Shown: positions 13,215 through 26,458, counted from the stretch's first letter. The stretch is 64,000 bases of DNA from Eledone cirrhosa (GCA_964016885.1 OZ024743.1:364808001-364872000), one strand, 5' to 3'. Numbers and translations: made by a program. Notes: generated by a model not told the origin, from the letters alone.

Positions 13215-14950
13215 TCGCTGGATAGTCATACTATCAGGGTCCTTCATCATCTCCTCTGTGAGCTTCAGCCATCTGTGGACAGCTCTCACCACCAACCCAT
13301 GTTTTTCGTGGTCTTCCTCTACTGCGTCTTCCTTCCATTGGGATTTCTTGGCACTTCTTTACTCAACGGTCATCCTCCATGCGCATCACATAGCCATACC
13401 AACGCAGTCTTCTTTCCCGCACACCACAACTTATCCCTCTTATACACAGTTTCACACTCAACTCGTCTATGCTTGGTCATTCACGCATTGACATTGCACA
13501 TCCAACGGAGCATGCTTGCTTCAATTCTCTCCAGCTGTCGCATATCCTTCGCAGTTGCTGCCCATGTCTCACTACCATGCAGTATCGCGCATCTCACACA
13601 TGCATCATATAACCAACCTGTCGTACGCAGGGAGAAACCCTTCGTTGTCAACAGAGGAAGCAGCACCCTAAACTTCTTCCATTCTGTCCTTATTCCAAAT
13701 ACTATGGCCTCGGAGCTTCCTCCTCCCTTACTAATCGGATCACCTAGATATCGGAAGCTATCAACCACCTCTATAGATCCTACCTGCATTTGAAAATGTG
13801 CCTATCACTGACACTTCTACTATCAATTTTCTCTGAACATCTATTACATATGAAGTTTTCCCTTCCTGTTAGTTTGCCTGCTTTTCCACTACACCTCTTG
13901 TGTACCCAAGATCTGCATTGTGTACATTCTATAGAGTTTATGCCAACTCCGTTTCTACATATCGAACATAGCCATTTCCCTGATGGAATCAGAGTGTTGT
14001 CCTCTTTCCTACTTATCAACACTTCAGTCTTTGCTAGGTTCACTCTCTCAGTTCTCTTGATTCCAATTACGGAATTTATTCGCTAGCTTTCTACTGATTC
14101 TGCTATAAGTATCAGATCGTCAGCAGAGAGAAGTTCCCATGGCCAGCCAGTCATAAACTCCTGTTATGGCTTGGAGAACTATAAGGAATAAGAGTGGGCT
14201 GAGGACCGAACCTTGATGAACTCCTACTTGTTTCTAGAATTCCTCACTAAACTCCATTCCTACTCTCAGTTTACTGACAGCTCCTCGGTACATAACTTGC
14301 AATGTCCTCACAAGCCATTCCTCTACATCTAGTTTCCTTAAGAACCACCAGATGACAGATCGGGGTACTTTATCAAAGGCCTTCTCTAGGTCAACAAAAA
14401 CTAAATATAGTGGCTTAGTCTTCTCTGAGAACCTCTCTTGTAGTTGTCTCACTAAGGAGAGGGCTTCTGTTGTACTTTTCCCAGGCACAAAACCAAACTG
14501 CATCTCATCTAATTTGCTTTTCTCTAATTAATTATGCTGAACCAACAGAGGGACCACTCTCTCTTTCTGTCACTTTCATAACCTGATCCATCAGTTTTAT
14601 ACCCCTATAATTGCTCCTCTCCAAGGCATCCCCTTTACCTTTGTAACAATTAACAAGTATATTGCTGCACCAGTCTTTGGGTATGACTCCGCCATATATA
14701 ACTTAATTGACTCTGCGTGCAACCAGTTTAGTTCTTACTTCTCCTGATGCCTTCAGCAATTATCCCTGACGGTCCAGCGGCCTTACCACTTTTCATTTCC
14801 TTAATTGCCTCTTTGGTCCTATAGTCGTCAATCTCAATAGCTGGTCCCTCTGTTGGATCTGTTGGGGGTAGTTTCTCTCTCTCCCATTCTTTCTCAACAT
14901 TCATCAGTCTGTCGTAAAGACATTTTCCAGGCCTCCTTTTTCTGAGCATC
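13215..14950 (-). pseudogene. RTE-clade LINE RT fragment with PHD-like finger inside RT
   Basis: MKSGKAAGPSGI; QFGFVPGKSTT; FVDLEKAFDKVPR; CSIC..CTQCRSWVHKRC..CNRC; FRYLGD; LHGSETW; multiple frameshifts. Confidence 0.9.
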
Positions 14951-15663
14951 AATATAATATATATATGTGTGTGTGTGTGTGTATGGATAAATGTGTGTAC
15001 ATACGTGTTTATGTAAGGTTGTATGTGTATATATGTATGTGTGTGTGTGTGTGTCTGCTGTATTCCTAGTTCCAGTCCAGTAGACTGTGGTTGTGTTGGG
15101 CCACAGAATTACTGTTGCAACTGTTTTATACGCTTCTGTAGATGGTTTTGCTGAATGAAAGATTCTGACATAGCTGCCCATAAATGTTGTTTCCTTGGGT
15201 GTCGCTGACAGTATAATGCCCCGGTGTCTCTTAAATATATTTATATTCTCTTCATCTAGATCAGGCAGTTAATTTACAGAATTGTTCGGGCCTCGAATTA
15301 AGAATACACCGGCATTTGTTCCTACTTACCACGCTCTGATTTCAAATCCTATCGTAGTCAACTTTGTTTTTCATCCTTTAAAATACCAAAAATAACGCCA
15401 TGGTTCAGGATGGCACCACTACGATTTCATCATGAATAAAGGGCCATTTACTTTTATTATACCTCTATGATGGTAAGCTGTGGGCTTTTACACTCTAAGC
15501 TATTGCAGTATCTGGTCCTAACGGTAAATAATGAGACTGGGCACGTGATGTCTGGTTGGGAGATTGGTTTAGCTCTCAATGCCAAAGTTAGGTGCTAGTC
15601 CTTCGAAAATGTTACACACCACACACACAAAGACACACACACATATATATATATATATATAAA

Positions 15664-15784
15664 CAGTGAAATTCTTTATAACGAGATCGACCTAACACAT
15701 CGAGCATGTGTCCGGGATTGAAAAAAATTTCGTTATAATGAAAAATTCGTTACAATGCTATTCGTTATAACGGAATTTTACCTG
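15664..15784. mobile_element. Tc1/mariner-pogo type MITE
   Basis: imperfect TIRs CAGTGAAATTCTTTATAACGA / TCGTTATAACGGAATTTTACCTG embedded in (TA)n. Confidence 0.6.
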
Positions 15785-16452
15785 TATATATATATATAAT
15801 GCACTGCGTGTATTGACTTCAATAAAACAACACAAGTAATTAATAGGGTCTTTTTATTCATTTTAGAAAAATAACAAGTCGTATTGTCTTCTAAAACTAG
15901 ATATATGTGGCAATTCACGTAAATCTAAAGTAAATAAATAAATAAAAGCAAGAACCATTTTCTTAACTCAGAATGTTAACCCTTCTGACCTGTAATTCCC
16001 CTGTAAAGGTAAACAGAAATGGTATTTAAGACATGATAACCTAAAGGGAGAGAAATTGGATATATTTCGGATAGAACAAAACAAACAAAAATATTTGAAT
16101 CTATAATGGCCGCCCTCAGCAATCTCAACTTTCAAATCTGATAAATGAATATCATTTGAAGGTTATGTGATATTGATTACATGACCTTCAAATGATATTC
16201 CTTTTCTCATCTTTATGAAGAATAACAGTTTCAAGCCAACGAGGGAGCCTCATTGTGGTCGCTTATTCTGCTAGAAATAGCAACCAAACCTTCCAAAAAT
16301 TACGCCGTATCTTTTATTTAAGAAAAGGGCATATTTGTTGATGTTGACCAACGTATACTATGAATGAAATAAAGTCGGGATTGTCATGATTGGAATGTCT
16401 TTAGTTATTGGTTACCTGTTCGATCAGGACAAACTTGGAGCTAAATAACAAC

Positions 16453-16920
16453 AATAGTTTCTACTTTTGGCACAAGGCCAGCAAGTATATCAGTGCATTA
16501 CTGGTACTTTATTTTATCGACCCCGTAAGGATGAAAGGCAAAGTTAACCCCGGCTGGATTTGAACTCAGATCGTAAAGGGACGTAACTATGCTGGAAAGC
16601 ATGGCGTCCGACCCCCTACCGATACTGCCAATTCACCGTCTTACAATAATAATTGTTTCTACTTTAGGCACAAGGCCAGCAATTACCCAGTGCATTACTG
16701 GTACTTTACAATAATAATTGTTTCTACTTTAGGCACAAGGCCAGCAATTACCCAGTACATTACTGGTACTTTATTTTATCGACCCCGTAAGGATGAAAGG
16801 CAAAGTTAACCTCAGCGGGATTTGAACTCAAACCGTTGTACTTTACAATAATAATGATTTATAATTTAGGTACATGGCCTACAATTTGTGGGGGTGTGAA
16901 AAGTCAACTATATCGACCAT
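16453..16920 (-). mobile_element. cluster of tRNA-derived SINE family 1 (one full copy 16453-16640 plus tandem partial copies)
   Basis: A box TGGCAGTATCGG, B box GAGTTCAAATCC, Nin/Deu-like core CTTTGCCTTTCATCCTTACGGGGTCGATAAAATAAAGTACC. Confidence 0.85.
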
Positions 16921-17747
16921 GCAGTTTTCGTCTACTAAAATTTCGTTATTCATGCTTCGGTTGATCAAATGCTATAGAAAAGACACTCCCATAATATGTC
17001 CTCAATAACTGGGATGGCACCCGGAACCTCGTGATGGTGAAGCGAATTTCTTAATAACTCAGGGAAAACTGTGCAATATTTGAATGAAACAGTTGGCTTG
17101 AATAAATGGTGATGGGTCTTCCTCGGTTTCACGATGAGCGCTCAGTCATTCGATCAACTGAACATCCAAATCGTGAATTAACCTATAAATGGTTGGATAT
17201 TCCACAAACACGTGTACTCTTAACGTAATTCCTAAACCAAACCAGCGTGACACATGTGACAATGCTGAACATTGGAATTACAGATACAATCCATCCGATG
17301 GTTTTCCACACAATTTCCATCCACCTGATTTCACTCACAAGGCTAGGGTTGACCCAAGGCTGTGATAGAGATACTTACACAAAATGCAACTCAGTGGGGT
17401 TGAACTCGTAGCCTCACGATTATAAAGCTAACTTCCTAACAACTCAGCGAAAATGTGCAATATTTCAATGACACATTTAAATGTAAAATTAAAGGACTTT
17501 AAAAAAATCACTAAACGTTTTCAGATCTTTCCAAATGATTTATATGATTATGTGATCAGACACTTCTTTTGTTTTCTATATTGTGTATGGCGTTTCTTTT
17601 GTTGTTGTTGTTGTTGTTGTTGTTTTTGAAACAACAACAAACAACAAGATAAACAACACATTCTTAGAATTTTGTAATCGCCCAACGTAGGTATGCATGA
17701 GAGTAGATTAAATTTTGTCTAGCAGATGTTTGTTTGTGTGTGGTTGC

Positions 17748-17773
<26 letters not shown>

Positions 17774-17795
<22 letters not shown>

Positions 17796-17948
17796 AAATA
17801 TTTACATGTGTACGTACATACACATACACACAAAACATACACATATATATATGTATGTGTGTGTTTGTGTATGTTTTGTTTGTGTATGTTTTGTGTGTAT
17901 GTGTATGTACGTACACATGTAAATATTTGTACACACACACACACACAC
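17774..17948. repeat. inverted repeat within CA/TG microsatellite
   Basis: TGTACAAATATTTACATGTGTACGTACATACAC.. mirrored at 17881-17948. Confidence 0.85.
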
Positions 17949-18002
17949 GCGCGCACATATATATATATAGAGAGAGAGAGATATATATATCTGCTTGTGT
18001 TA

Positions 18003-18115
<113 letters not shown>

Positions 18116-19648
18116 TTTGGGTACGTGTTTGTATTTAGGTATAAAACAGCTGAAATCAGCATTAAATATGATAGTGGGTGGTATAGTACATCGATTAACT
18201 TTCTAGCCAAATCTATTTTAAATTCTCATTTAGTAGTAGTAGTAGTAGTAGTAGTAGTAGGAACAGCAGCAGCACGAGTAGTGGTGGTGGAGGTGATGGT
18301 TCTTGTTTTTTTGCAGCAGCAGCAACAACCTCGTTTCCCAATCTATAAGACTGGTCTAAAAACACCACACCATATAAGGAAGAGGCCAGCGAAGCAACTA
18401 GAGTCCTTCGAAAAAGATGTGATGGATAAAAGGACCTCTTTGTTTTGTCCATTTAATGCATATTTTTTAATAATGTACTGCCAACGTATTGTTAACCAGA
18501 AAAAAGCAGTAAAAGATCCTTAACTGCAAATGGAGTTGTAGAAGTGCTGTCTTAACTAACGGTGAATCTTTCAAACCTGGCAGAGCTTATCTCTCTCCAA
18601 GATCAGAACACGGTCAATTTCTTCCAGTGATAGAGAGAGAAAGAGAGAGAGGGAGAGTGGAGGGTTACTTTATTTATTGGCCTCGAAAGGATAAAAGGCA
18701 AGGTTAATCTTGGAGAAATGTAAATTCAAGGCGCAGTGAACTGGAAAAATTATAGAGGCATTTTTAATCCGAAGTTCTAACGATTCTTCTCATTTGCCAC
18801 CTTGTTGTTAACCAGCCACAGGATAAACATTCAAACTCAACGGTTCCCAGTCTGAGGGCCGTGAGCTAAGTTCAAAATTTCAAGTACTTTATGAAAGGCC
18901 TAATATATACACACTATTGAACAAACATTTCTTTCTTTCGGTTGTTATTCTCGCTGTATAGGAATCTAGGGGTGGAATGATTGTAACGTGGGATCTGTGG
19001 GGAAATTCATTTAAATAGAAAAGGACTTTCGTCATAAAAATGTTTAGAATCACTGTTTTAACAGAATTATTTCTAATTATATTATATGACTATTTTCATA
19101 TGGTCACTATCTGGAAAATAGTTTCACCGTTTGTTTGTTTGTTTTTGTTTTTGGTTTTTGTTTTTCGTTATATTTTAAACTCCACACCAAAATAGATTGT
19201 CTTTCTTTTAGAGCAGATAGTAAATGACCTTCGAGTGTTTCACCAGTTCTTTATGTGCAGGAGCTTCTGAATCTGCCAGGGTTGATATAAATAATTCCAA
19301 CATTTAGCCATTCATACACATGGGTGTCAGAAATACAGCCTTTATATATTTCTGTGTTTTCAAATGAATGTTTTATTCTTTATGTTCTGAACTCTAAAAT
19401 CCGGGCAAGCTAAGTCTGTGACATTCTTTTTCCTAATAACTTTGATTACCAGTTGTACTTAATAGCTTGGGATATTAAACTTATTTGCCCTTTCTACGGG
19501 GTGATTCAATAGGCAATTCTGTGGTCTAGGAAATCTTTGCACGTGCATAATGTGCACACACATTTACACCCGCTCACTTACACACACACACATACACACG
19601 CACATACATACATACATACATACATACATACATACATACATACATACA

Positions 19649-20255
19649 TGGTTGCTGCCAATTCGTTTTCGAGTATGGCCACTACTTTATATCCATGTAG
19701 GAGAACCCCTACCGATGCGCTGAACGAGTGTGACTTTTTAGTCCAGCCAGCGACTTGAAAACTCTGGTACAAACACTACACTTGTGACAATTATTGACAC
19801 ATAGTGCTGGGCCCATGGTACCATGTGACGACAAGTGCAAAGAGATCTCCAGATATAAAGCAATGCCTGTGACGTGAAGCTTTTATAGTGAGCAAAGGCA
19901 CTGCACAAAGCCAGTCCCACTCTCTTAACCAAGATGATATTTACCAAAAAGAAGAACAAGTCAACATCATTGGATACCATCAGGGTTGCAGGTGTTATAT
20001 CAGAGTTTTCCTTCTCCTAGAATTCTGCCTTGACAAAGGCTAAGGCGTCATCTCTCCCGGTGATTTTGGATGGCCATTGACTCTTAAGAGCTCCTTTGCC
20101 CTTTGACAGGTTTTGTTTTTAGTCCTACAGGATGTCCAAAGTCACCCTCCTCACCAAGAAACCTTGCTGGGGTTGCCAGTTTACTCGGCAACGACCCGAC
20201 CATGAGACAGGTTGTACTGGCATACATGTTACCAGAAGCACAAAAGGTGACCTGA
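19649..20255 (-). mobile_element. non-autonomous RTE derivative, subfamily B, second copy
   Basis: near-identical to 10739-11346 with the same ends; (TACA)n on both sides. Confidence 0.85.
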
Positions 20256-20321
20256 CATACATACATACATACATACATACATACATACATACATACATAC
20301 ATACATACATACATACATACA

Positions 20322-20352
<31 letters not shown>

Positions 20353-20555
20353 GTATGTATATACACATAGATACATACCATATATCGTCAAATATACATT
20401 GCGTTCAAGCATAAATATTTATTTATTTATGCCAGCAAACCCATGTAATTCGTGCAAACTAGACTGACAATTTCATGTATTTTCTATATGTTGTATGACA
20501 AATTGCATTGCTATATTTTCTTCTATACACGGAATCAAAATAATATCATAGGTTT

Positions 20556-20688
<133 letters not shown>

Positions 20689-20795
20689 CATGCGTGCAGA
20701 GGAATAGGTGAAAGAGTTTACACTACAGAAATCATTCTTTTCAGAATGTTTCTAGTTCAAAACAGTTGTTAATTATATCTTCCTAAATGTTCATG

Positions 20796-20881
20796 TTTGC
20801 GTGCATGTTTGTGTGCGTGTTTGTGTGCATGTTTGTGTGCATGTTTGTGTGCATGTTTGTGTGCATGTTTGTGTGCATGTT
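20796..20881. repeat. 12-bp minisatellite (GTGCATGTTTGT)n
   Basis: direct inspection. Confidence 0.85.
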
Positions 20882-21302
20882 CACTGTCATGCTCAGGAAA
20901 TAATACAGAAATCGGAGCCTGCTAAATAACAAATAGAGAATGAGTGACAAGTAAAATGAAATGAGTGGGAAAATGAGGAGTTTATCATCCTGTCCTCAGT
21001 GGCAAACAGGGAAAGAGTGAGTGAGAACTTACAGCTTTACTATGATAAAGAATTTCTAGAATAACCGTAATTACATGCAAATCATTCCTTGTTTTGCAAA
21101 TAATATTTTGTTTTATAAATATATAATCCTCTTGTAACAATCATTAAACCTTTATGCACTGTCAGTGAATACGAGTCGTATCGATTTAATGTCACCAATC
21201 TTATCTGTCGAAGTATATCGAAGACAAAATCGAGAATGTAAATATTTTCATTGTGGAATAGTTGCGTTCGTTAATTATTTTCAATATTGAATGTCAAGTG
21301 TG

Positions 21303-21523
21303 ATGGATTGATTGGCAGAATCGTTGCAGCGCCGGACAAAATGCAGTGTAGCATTTAGTTACGACCTTTTAAGTTCTGAGTTTAAATCCCACCGAGATCA
21401 ACTTTGTCTTTCATCCCTCCAAGGTCGATATAATAACTTACCAATAAAGTACAGGGGTCGATATAATCAATTTACCACCACCCCAAAATTGCTGGCCTTG
21501 TTCCAAAATTAGAAACAATTATT
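21303..21523 (+). mobile_element. older tRNA-derived SINE family 1
   Basis: TGGCAGAATCG A box, GAGTTTAAATCC B box, tail GGCCTTGTTCCAAAATTAGAAACAATTATT. Confidence 0.75.
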
Positions 21524-21874
21524 GAATGTCAAGATAAAATGATAAAATAATCAATAAGGATAATATAAATGTAAAGGGTTGGAGTTGGATACCACTGGAA
21601 AATAGGTTAAATATTGTCAAATATACATCACTAGCAGTCCAACGAAATAACCAACGCCACATAAACTCTAAATACTTTGGAGAAAGTGTGTATTAATAAA
21701 TTTACTGGTCTATCACGTTAATTCTAAGATATTCATATCTTAGTGCATATGTTTGTATTGAAAGAATGAAAGTATTTATAGAACAAAAATATTCGATATT
21801 GAAACTATTTGCATATATTCTTCAGTTGTTGCACACATATACATTCGTACGTATGTGTAAAATGCATACATACA

Positions 21875-22420
21875 GGATGACTGCAACTCAATTTCGAATA
21901 ATGCCATCGCTTGATACATGAGCATCACGGACGCGGCTTTGTAGTCCTGCTAGAGACTTGCCTATGGCCAGCAATACCATGCATAATACATACATGATGG
22001 TTGCAAACTCTGCTAAGATTACTGGAATTACAGCCACACGAACCTGTAACATATCCTAAACAAGCAATGCCTGTGCTTTGAAAGTTTTTTAAGTGAAGAA
22101 AGGCCTTGCACTCGACCAATCCCGCTCTCTGAGCATCGAAAACACTACCCGAAAAGGAGAACTGGTCAACATCATCGGATGCTTCTGATGCCGCAGGGTT
22201 TTTTTTTTCAGAGTTTCCCTCTTTTAGAAAGGTGATCTGACAACAACTGGGGGCCTTTCACTACCAGGTAAAAAAAAATGTTTAATACTATTTGGATCGC
22301 CGTTGACTCTGCCGAGTTCCTCCACCCTTTGCTGGGTCTTGTATTTCATTCCACAGGGTGTCCACATTTCACCCTCCTCCCCAAGCAAGCTTCGTGGAGT
22401 TGCTGGTTTAGTCGCCGGGG

Positions 22421-22422
<2 letters not shown>
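21875..22422 (-). mobile_element. non-autonomous RTE derivative, diverged subfamily C
   Basis: 5'UTR homologous to 10739-11346; zinc-finger remnant KSLAGLQSRVRDAH; TACA flanks. Confidence 0.7.
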
Positions 22423-22451
<29 letters not shown>

Positions 22452-22550
22452 CATACATACATACATACATACATACATACATACATACATGATGATGGCT
22501 GCCCCCTCGTTATCGAGTATGGCCATTGCACGATGAGACAAAAAAAAATA

Positions 22551-22588
<38 letters not shown>

Positions 22589-22607
22589 AAAAGAAAATAA
22601 AAATTTA

Positions 22608-22666
<59 letters not shown>

Positions 22667-22857
22667 CATACACATATACACACACACACACACTCACACA
22701 CATATACACACACACATACATTAATAACAATAATAATAATAATAATCATAACAACAATAATAATAACGACAACAACAATAATAATATACATATACATATA
22801 TATATACACACACACGCACACACATAAGCATATCTACACACACACACACGATAGCAA

Positions 22858-25209
22858 CTAACAGCTCTGCGATCGAATGTGGCTTTTTAGCCCAGCCAAT
22901 GATCTAAAATCTCTTGCACAGAGTCGGCAACCAAAACATTCACTGGGAATAGTCGGCTGTGGTTGGAGTTCGTGTACTTTTGCATGTCGCTTGAGCCCTC
23001 CTGCTGATTTACATTCTCTACCACATGTTTGGCAAGCATGATGAGTAGCATCTCCAACAGCAGCCTGGTAGTCAACCAGTGGTCTTACTTTATGACTGCG
23101 AAGATGACTTTCGAGTCCAGCTTTGCTTAGGCAGAGTCTCGCACATACGCTGCATGTCAGCACCATAGGAGGACCCTCGCCGTCTGAAAGTGCAACAGCA
23201 ATGCCCTTCCTCACATCCCGCTTTACTTTCTCGTATGCGATTCGAGATGCCTCAAAGGCAACTTTTCCCTCATATACAGTCTTTCTCCATTTATTACGAT
23301 CAGCAGCAATATTCTCCCATGTATCAGCAGAGATGTTAGCGTCTTTTAGAGAGGCTTTCAAGGAATCCTTATACCTCTTTTTTGGTTTATGTGGCGGTCG
23401 TTTTCCTTTAACCAACTCTCCATAAAAGAGTTGTTTTGGTATTCTAGAATCCTTCATCCTGGCAAGGTGACCACTCCAACGGAGTCGTTGCTTAAGCACA
23501 AGAGCTTCTATACTGTCACACAGAGAGCTTTCCAAAATCTCGACATCACTGATGTGGTCCCTCCAGTGAACGCCATGGATCTGTCTGAGACACATCTGAT
23601 GGAAACGCTCCAATTGCTTAAGGTGGTGTCGATATGTGACCCAGGTCTCGCAGGCATAAAGAAGACAAGAGAGCACACATACCCTGTACACCTTTACCTT
23701 TGTACTCCTGCATATATCTCGCCGACCCCAGAGTCGCCTTTCTAGCTTTCCGAAAGCATCACTTGCTTTCCTAATCCTAAGTGAGATTTCACTGTCAAGG
23801 TTGCTGTATCGATTGACAGTGCTTCCCAGGTAGACAAACTGATCAACTACTACAAGTCGTTTGCCATACACATAGATGTTTGGTTCAGTGTACAGCTTAC
23901 CAGGGGCAGGTTGGTACATGACGACGGTTTTCTTGAGACTGACAGTCAAACCTAGGGCAGTGCAAGCGTCAAAAAATGTATTCAAAATGTGCTGTATATC
24001 ACTCTCTGTGTGCGCTACAAGATCGCAATCATCTGCATACAAGAGGTCTCTTATGATTGATGTAAATACGTTTGTCTTCGCAGCAAAGCGCCTGATGTTA
24101 AATATGCTGCCTGAGGTTCGATATCGGATGTAAACACCATGCTCGCAATTCCTGAATGCAATACAGAAAACCATTGCAAAGTATATGGCAAACAGGGTCG
24201 GTGCTGGAATATCCCCCTGTTTCACTCCATTTTTTACTGAGATAGACTCCGACATGTTACCCCCGACATTAACCCAAGCCTTCATGTCGTCATGGAAAGA
24301 CCTAACTAAAGCAAGGAACTTATCAGGGCAACCAAGTTTCTGGAGAACCTTCCATAATGCATCTCTGTTAACAGTATCGAAAGCTTTTGTCAGATCGACA
24401 AAAACCTGATACAGATCCAAGCCTTGTTCCATGCATTTTTCCTGGAGCTGTCTAGCTGAGAAGATCATATCAGTAGTGCCGCGTCCAGCACGAAAACCAG
24501 ATTGACTTTCAGGAAGAACACAATCTGCAATGTGTGTCAGCAGACGGTCCAGAAGCACCCTACATAAAACTTTCCCTACGACAGAAAGCAATGATATACC
24601 TCTGTAGTTCCCACAATCGTTCCTGTTACCCTTTCCCTTGTACAAGACCACCATTACTACATCTCTCCAGTCCTCAGGTACGGATTCATTAGCCCATATC
24701 CTGCCAAACAAAGAGTGAAGATGTTGCAGGAGTCTCTCACCACCATATTGTAGGAGCTCAGCATGTATGCCATCCATACCTGGAGATCTTCCACTGTTCA
24801 GCTTCGAAATAGCCACTGCAACCTCCACAAGCGTCGGAGGTTCTGCGAGAGCTACTTTCACAGGACTTTCTGGAATGAGATTGAGGAAATCTTCACTGAC
24901 GACAGACGGCTGATTCAAAAGATCATCAAAGTGCTCTCGCCACCTTCGTAGAATTCCTTGTGAGTCACGAAGAAGTTCTTTGCCATCCTTGCTGCGAAGC
25001 GGTGTCACCAGAGAAGAATACGGTCCATAAACCTCACGCAAGAGACTGTACAACAGCTTTGTGTTATTGGAATCAGACGCAGTTTGTATCTCACCAGCCT
25101 TCTCACTCCACCACTGATCCTTCATCTGAGAAAGACTCCGCCTAACACGTGATTTTACATCCCTGAGTTCCTCATGCAACGTATTCCTCTCCTGTGGTTT
25201 TGCCGTCAA
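22858..25209 (-). CDS. RTE LINE reverse transcriptase plus three C-terminal C2H2-type zinc fingers
   Basis: NYRGISLLS, QSGFRAGRGTTD, FVDLTKAFD, GVKQG, LLYADD, FVYLGS; CSVC..H, CQTC..H..H, CRLC..H. Confidence 0.95.
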   Translation of the reverse strand: MTAKPQERNTLHEELRDVKSRVRRSLSQMKDQWWSEKAGEIQTASDSNNTKLLYSLLREVYGPYSSLVTPLRSKDGKELLRDSQGILRRWREHFDDLLNQPSVVSEDFLNLIPESPVKVALAEPPTLVEVAVAISKLNSGRSPGMDGIHAELLQYGGERLLQHLHSLFGRIWANESVPEDWRDVVMVVLYKGKGNRNDCGNYRGISLLSVVGKVLCRVLLDRLLTHIADCVLPESQSGFRAGRGTTDMIFSARQLQEKCMEQGLDLYQVFVDLTKAFDTVNRDALWKVLQKLGCPDKFLALVRSFHDDMKAWVNVGGNMSESISVKNGVKQGDIPAPTLFAIYFAMVFCIAFRNCEHGVYIRYRTSGSIFNIRRFAAKTNVFTSIIRDLLYADDCDLVAHTESDIQHILNTFFDACTALGLTVSLKKTVVMYQPAPGKLYTEPNIYVYGKRLVVVDQFVYLGSTVNRYSNLDSEISLRIRKASDAFGKLERRLWGRRDICRSTKVKVYRVCVLSCLLYACETWVTYRHHLKQLERFHQMCLRQIHGVHWRDHISDVEILESSLCDSIEALVLKQRLRWSGHLARMKDSRIPKQLFYGELVKGKRPPHKPKKRYKDSLKASLKDANISADTWENIAADRNKWRKTVYEGKVAFEASRIAYEKVKRDVRKGIAVALSDGEGPPMVLTCSVCARLCLSKAGLESHLRSHKVRPLVDYQAAVGDATHHACQTCGRECKSAGGLKRHAKVHELQPQPTIPSECFGCRLCARDFRSLAGLKSHIRSQSC

Positions 25210-26393
25210 GTAGCACGCCTCTTATCAGCCAACAAGTCTTCTATATGTACATCATTCTCATCAAACCAGTCCTGATGTTTCCTCTGCGCCAATCCCAGAA
25301 CACGCCTGCCTACATCATAAACCGACTTTTTAAGGGTCGGCCAATCCTCACCAAGATCTGCAGCCTGCATCTCTTCTTCCAATGTCCTCTTCACATGTTT
25401 ATCCTTAAGACGAGCAGCATTCAATCTTTTGAGCAGGGCAACACCTGGAGCCCGGATTTTACGTTTAGTGATTAGTTTCACTTTTGCGCGTACCAGGCGG
25501 TGGTCCGTCCAGCACTCAGCTCCACGAAGAACACGAACACACTGCACATCCTGTCTGTCACGCATCCTGACTAGGACGTAGTCCAAAAGATGCCATTCCT
25601 TAGATGCAGGATGCATCCATGTGGTCTTGAATTTGTTCTTTTGTTGGAACATGGTGTTGGTAACACACAGATCCAGCTCCTCGCACATCTGCAGCAGGAG
25701 CATACCATTGCTGTTACACTTTCCCACCCCATGCCTTCCGATTACATTCCATGTGTTAAAATCCCTACCCACTCTAGCATTAAAGTCACCAAGCACGATG
25801 ACTTTGTCTGCCTGAGGGATATTTCTTAAAACACCTTTCAAGGCATGGTAAAAGGACACCTTTTCCTCATCGACAGAACTCATAGTTGGAGCATACACAC
25901 TCACCAGGGTAGCATATCTTCCCTTGTCCAGCGGAACTCTCATGGACATAAGACGCTCACTAATCCCTACTGGGAATTCTTCTAATTTGTTCACAAGCAC
26001 AGTCTTAACAGCAAATCCTACCCCAGCCTCTCTTCTGGTTCCTTCATCTCTTCCTTTCCAGAAGAATGTATATTCTCCACAAAATTCCGTAAGATGACCA
26101 TCTCCAGCTAGCCTCGTCTCAGATAAAGCGACGATGTCAAGATCGTAACGTCGAAGCTCCTTTGCAACAAGAGCGGTCCTTCGTTCAGGACGCCCCAAGG
26201 AATCCCTGTCAAGCAGCGTCCGTACGTTCCAGCAGCCAAGACTAAATGCCTTGTTTGGCTCTATTACAATGGCACGAGGACGAGCGGGCCCAGGCTGTGA
26301 TAACCTGGGGCCCCTGCCCTTATTGCCAATGATCTTTTTTGTTCCAGAACCTAAATTGCCAATTATCTCTTTTATATTGTTCTGGAACATCAT
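25206..26393 (-). CDS. RTE LINE apurinic endonuclease domain (N-terminal part of the same ORF; 1-nt frameshift near 25208)
   Basis: WNVRTL, ALSETR, GVGFAV, YAPT, LGDFNARVG, LDYVL, TDHRLV. Confidence 0.95.
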   Translation of the reverse strand: MMFQNNIKEIIGNLGSGTKKIIGNKGRGPRLSQPGPARPRAIVIEPNKAFSLGCWNVRTLLDRDSLGRPERRTALVAKELRRYDLDIVALSETRLAGDGHLTEFCGEYTFFWKGRDEGTRREAGVGFAVKTVLVNKLEEFPVGISERLMSMRVPLDKGRYATLVSVYAPTMSSVDEEKVSFYHALKGVLRNIPQADKVIVLGDFNARVGRDFNTWNVIGRHGVGKCNSNGMLLLQMCEELDLCVTNTMFQQKNKFKTTWMHPASKEWHLLDYVLVRMRDRQDVQCVRVLRGAECWTDHRLVRAKVKLITKRKIRAPGVALLKRLNAARLKDKHVKRTLEEEMQAADLGEDWPTLKKSVYDVGRRVLGLAQRKHQDWFDENDVHIEDLLADKRRAT

Positions 26394-26427
26394 TGAATTG
26401 GGGAAAAAAAAAAAAAAAGTAATAATA

Positions 26428-26458
<31 letters not shown>

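Noticed and set aside
25200-25215. programmed frameshift or stop-restart between APE and RT
   Set aside because: No slippery heptamer; RTE elements normally have one ORF; a 1-nt deletion or sequencing error is simpler
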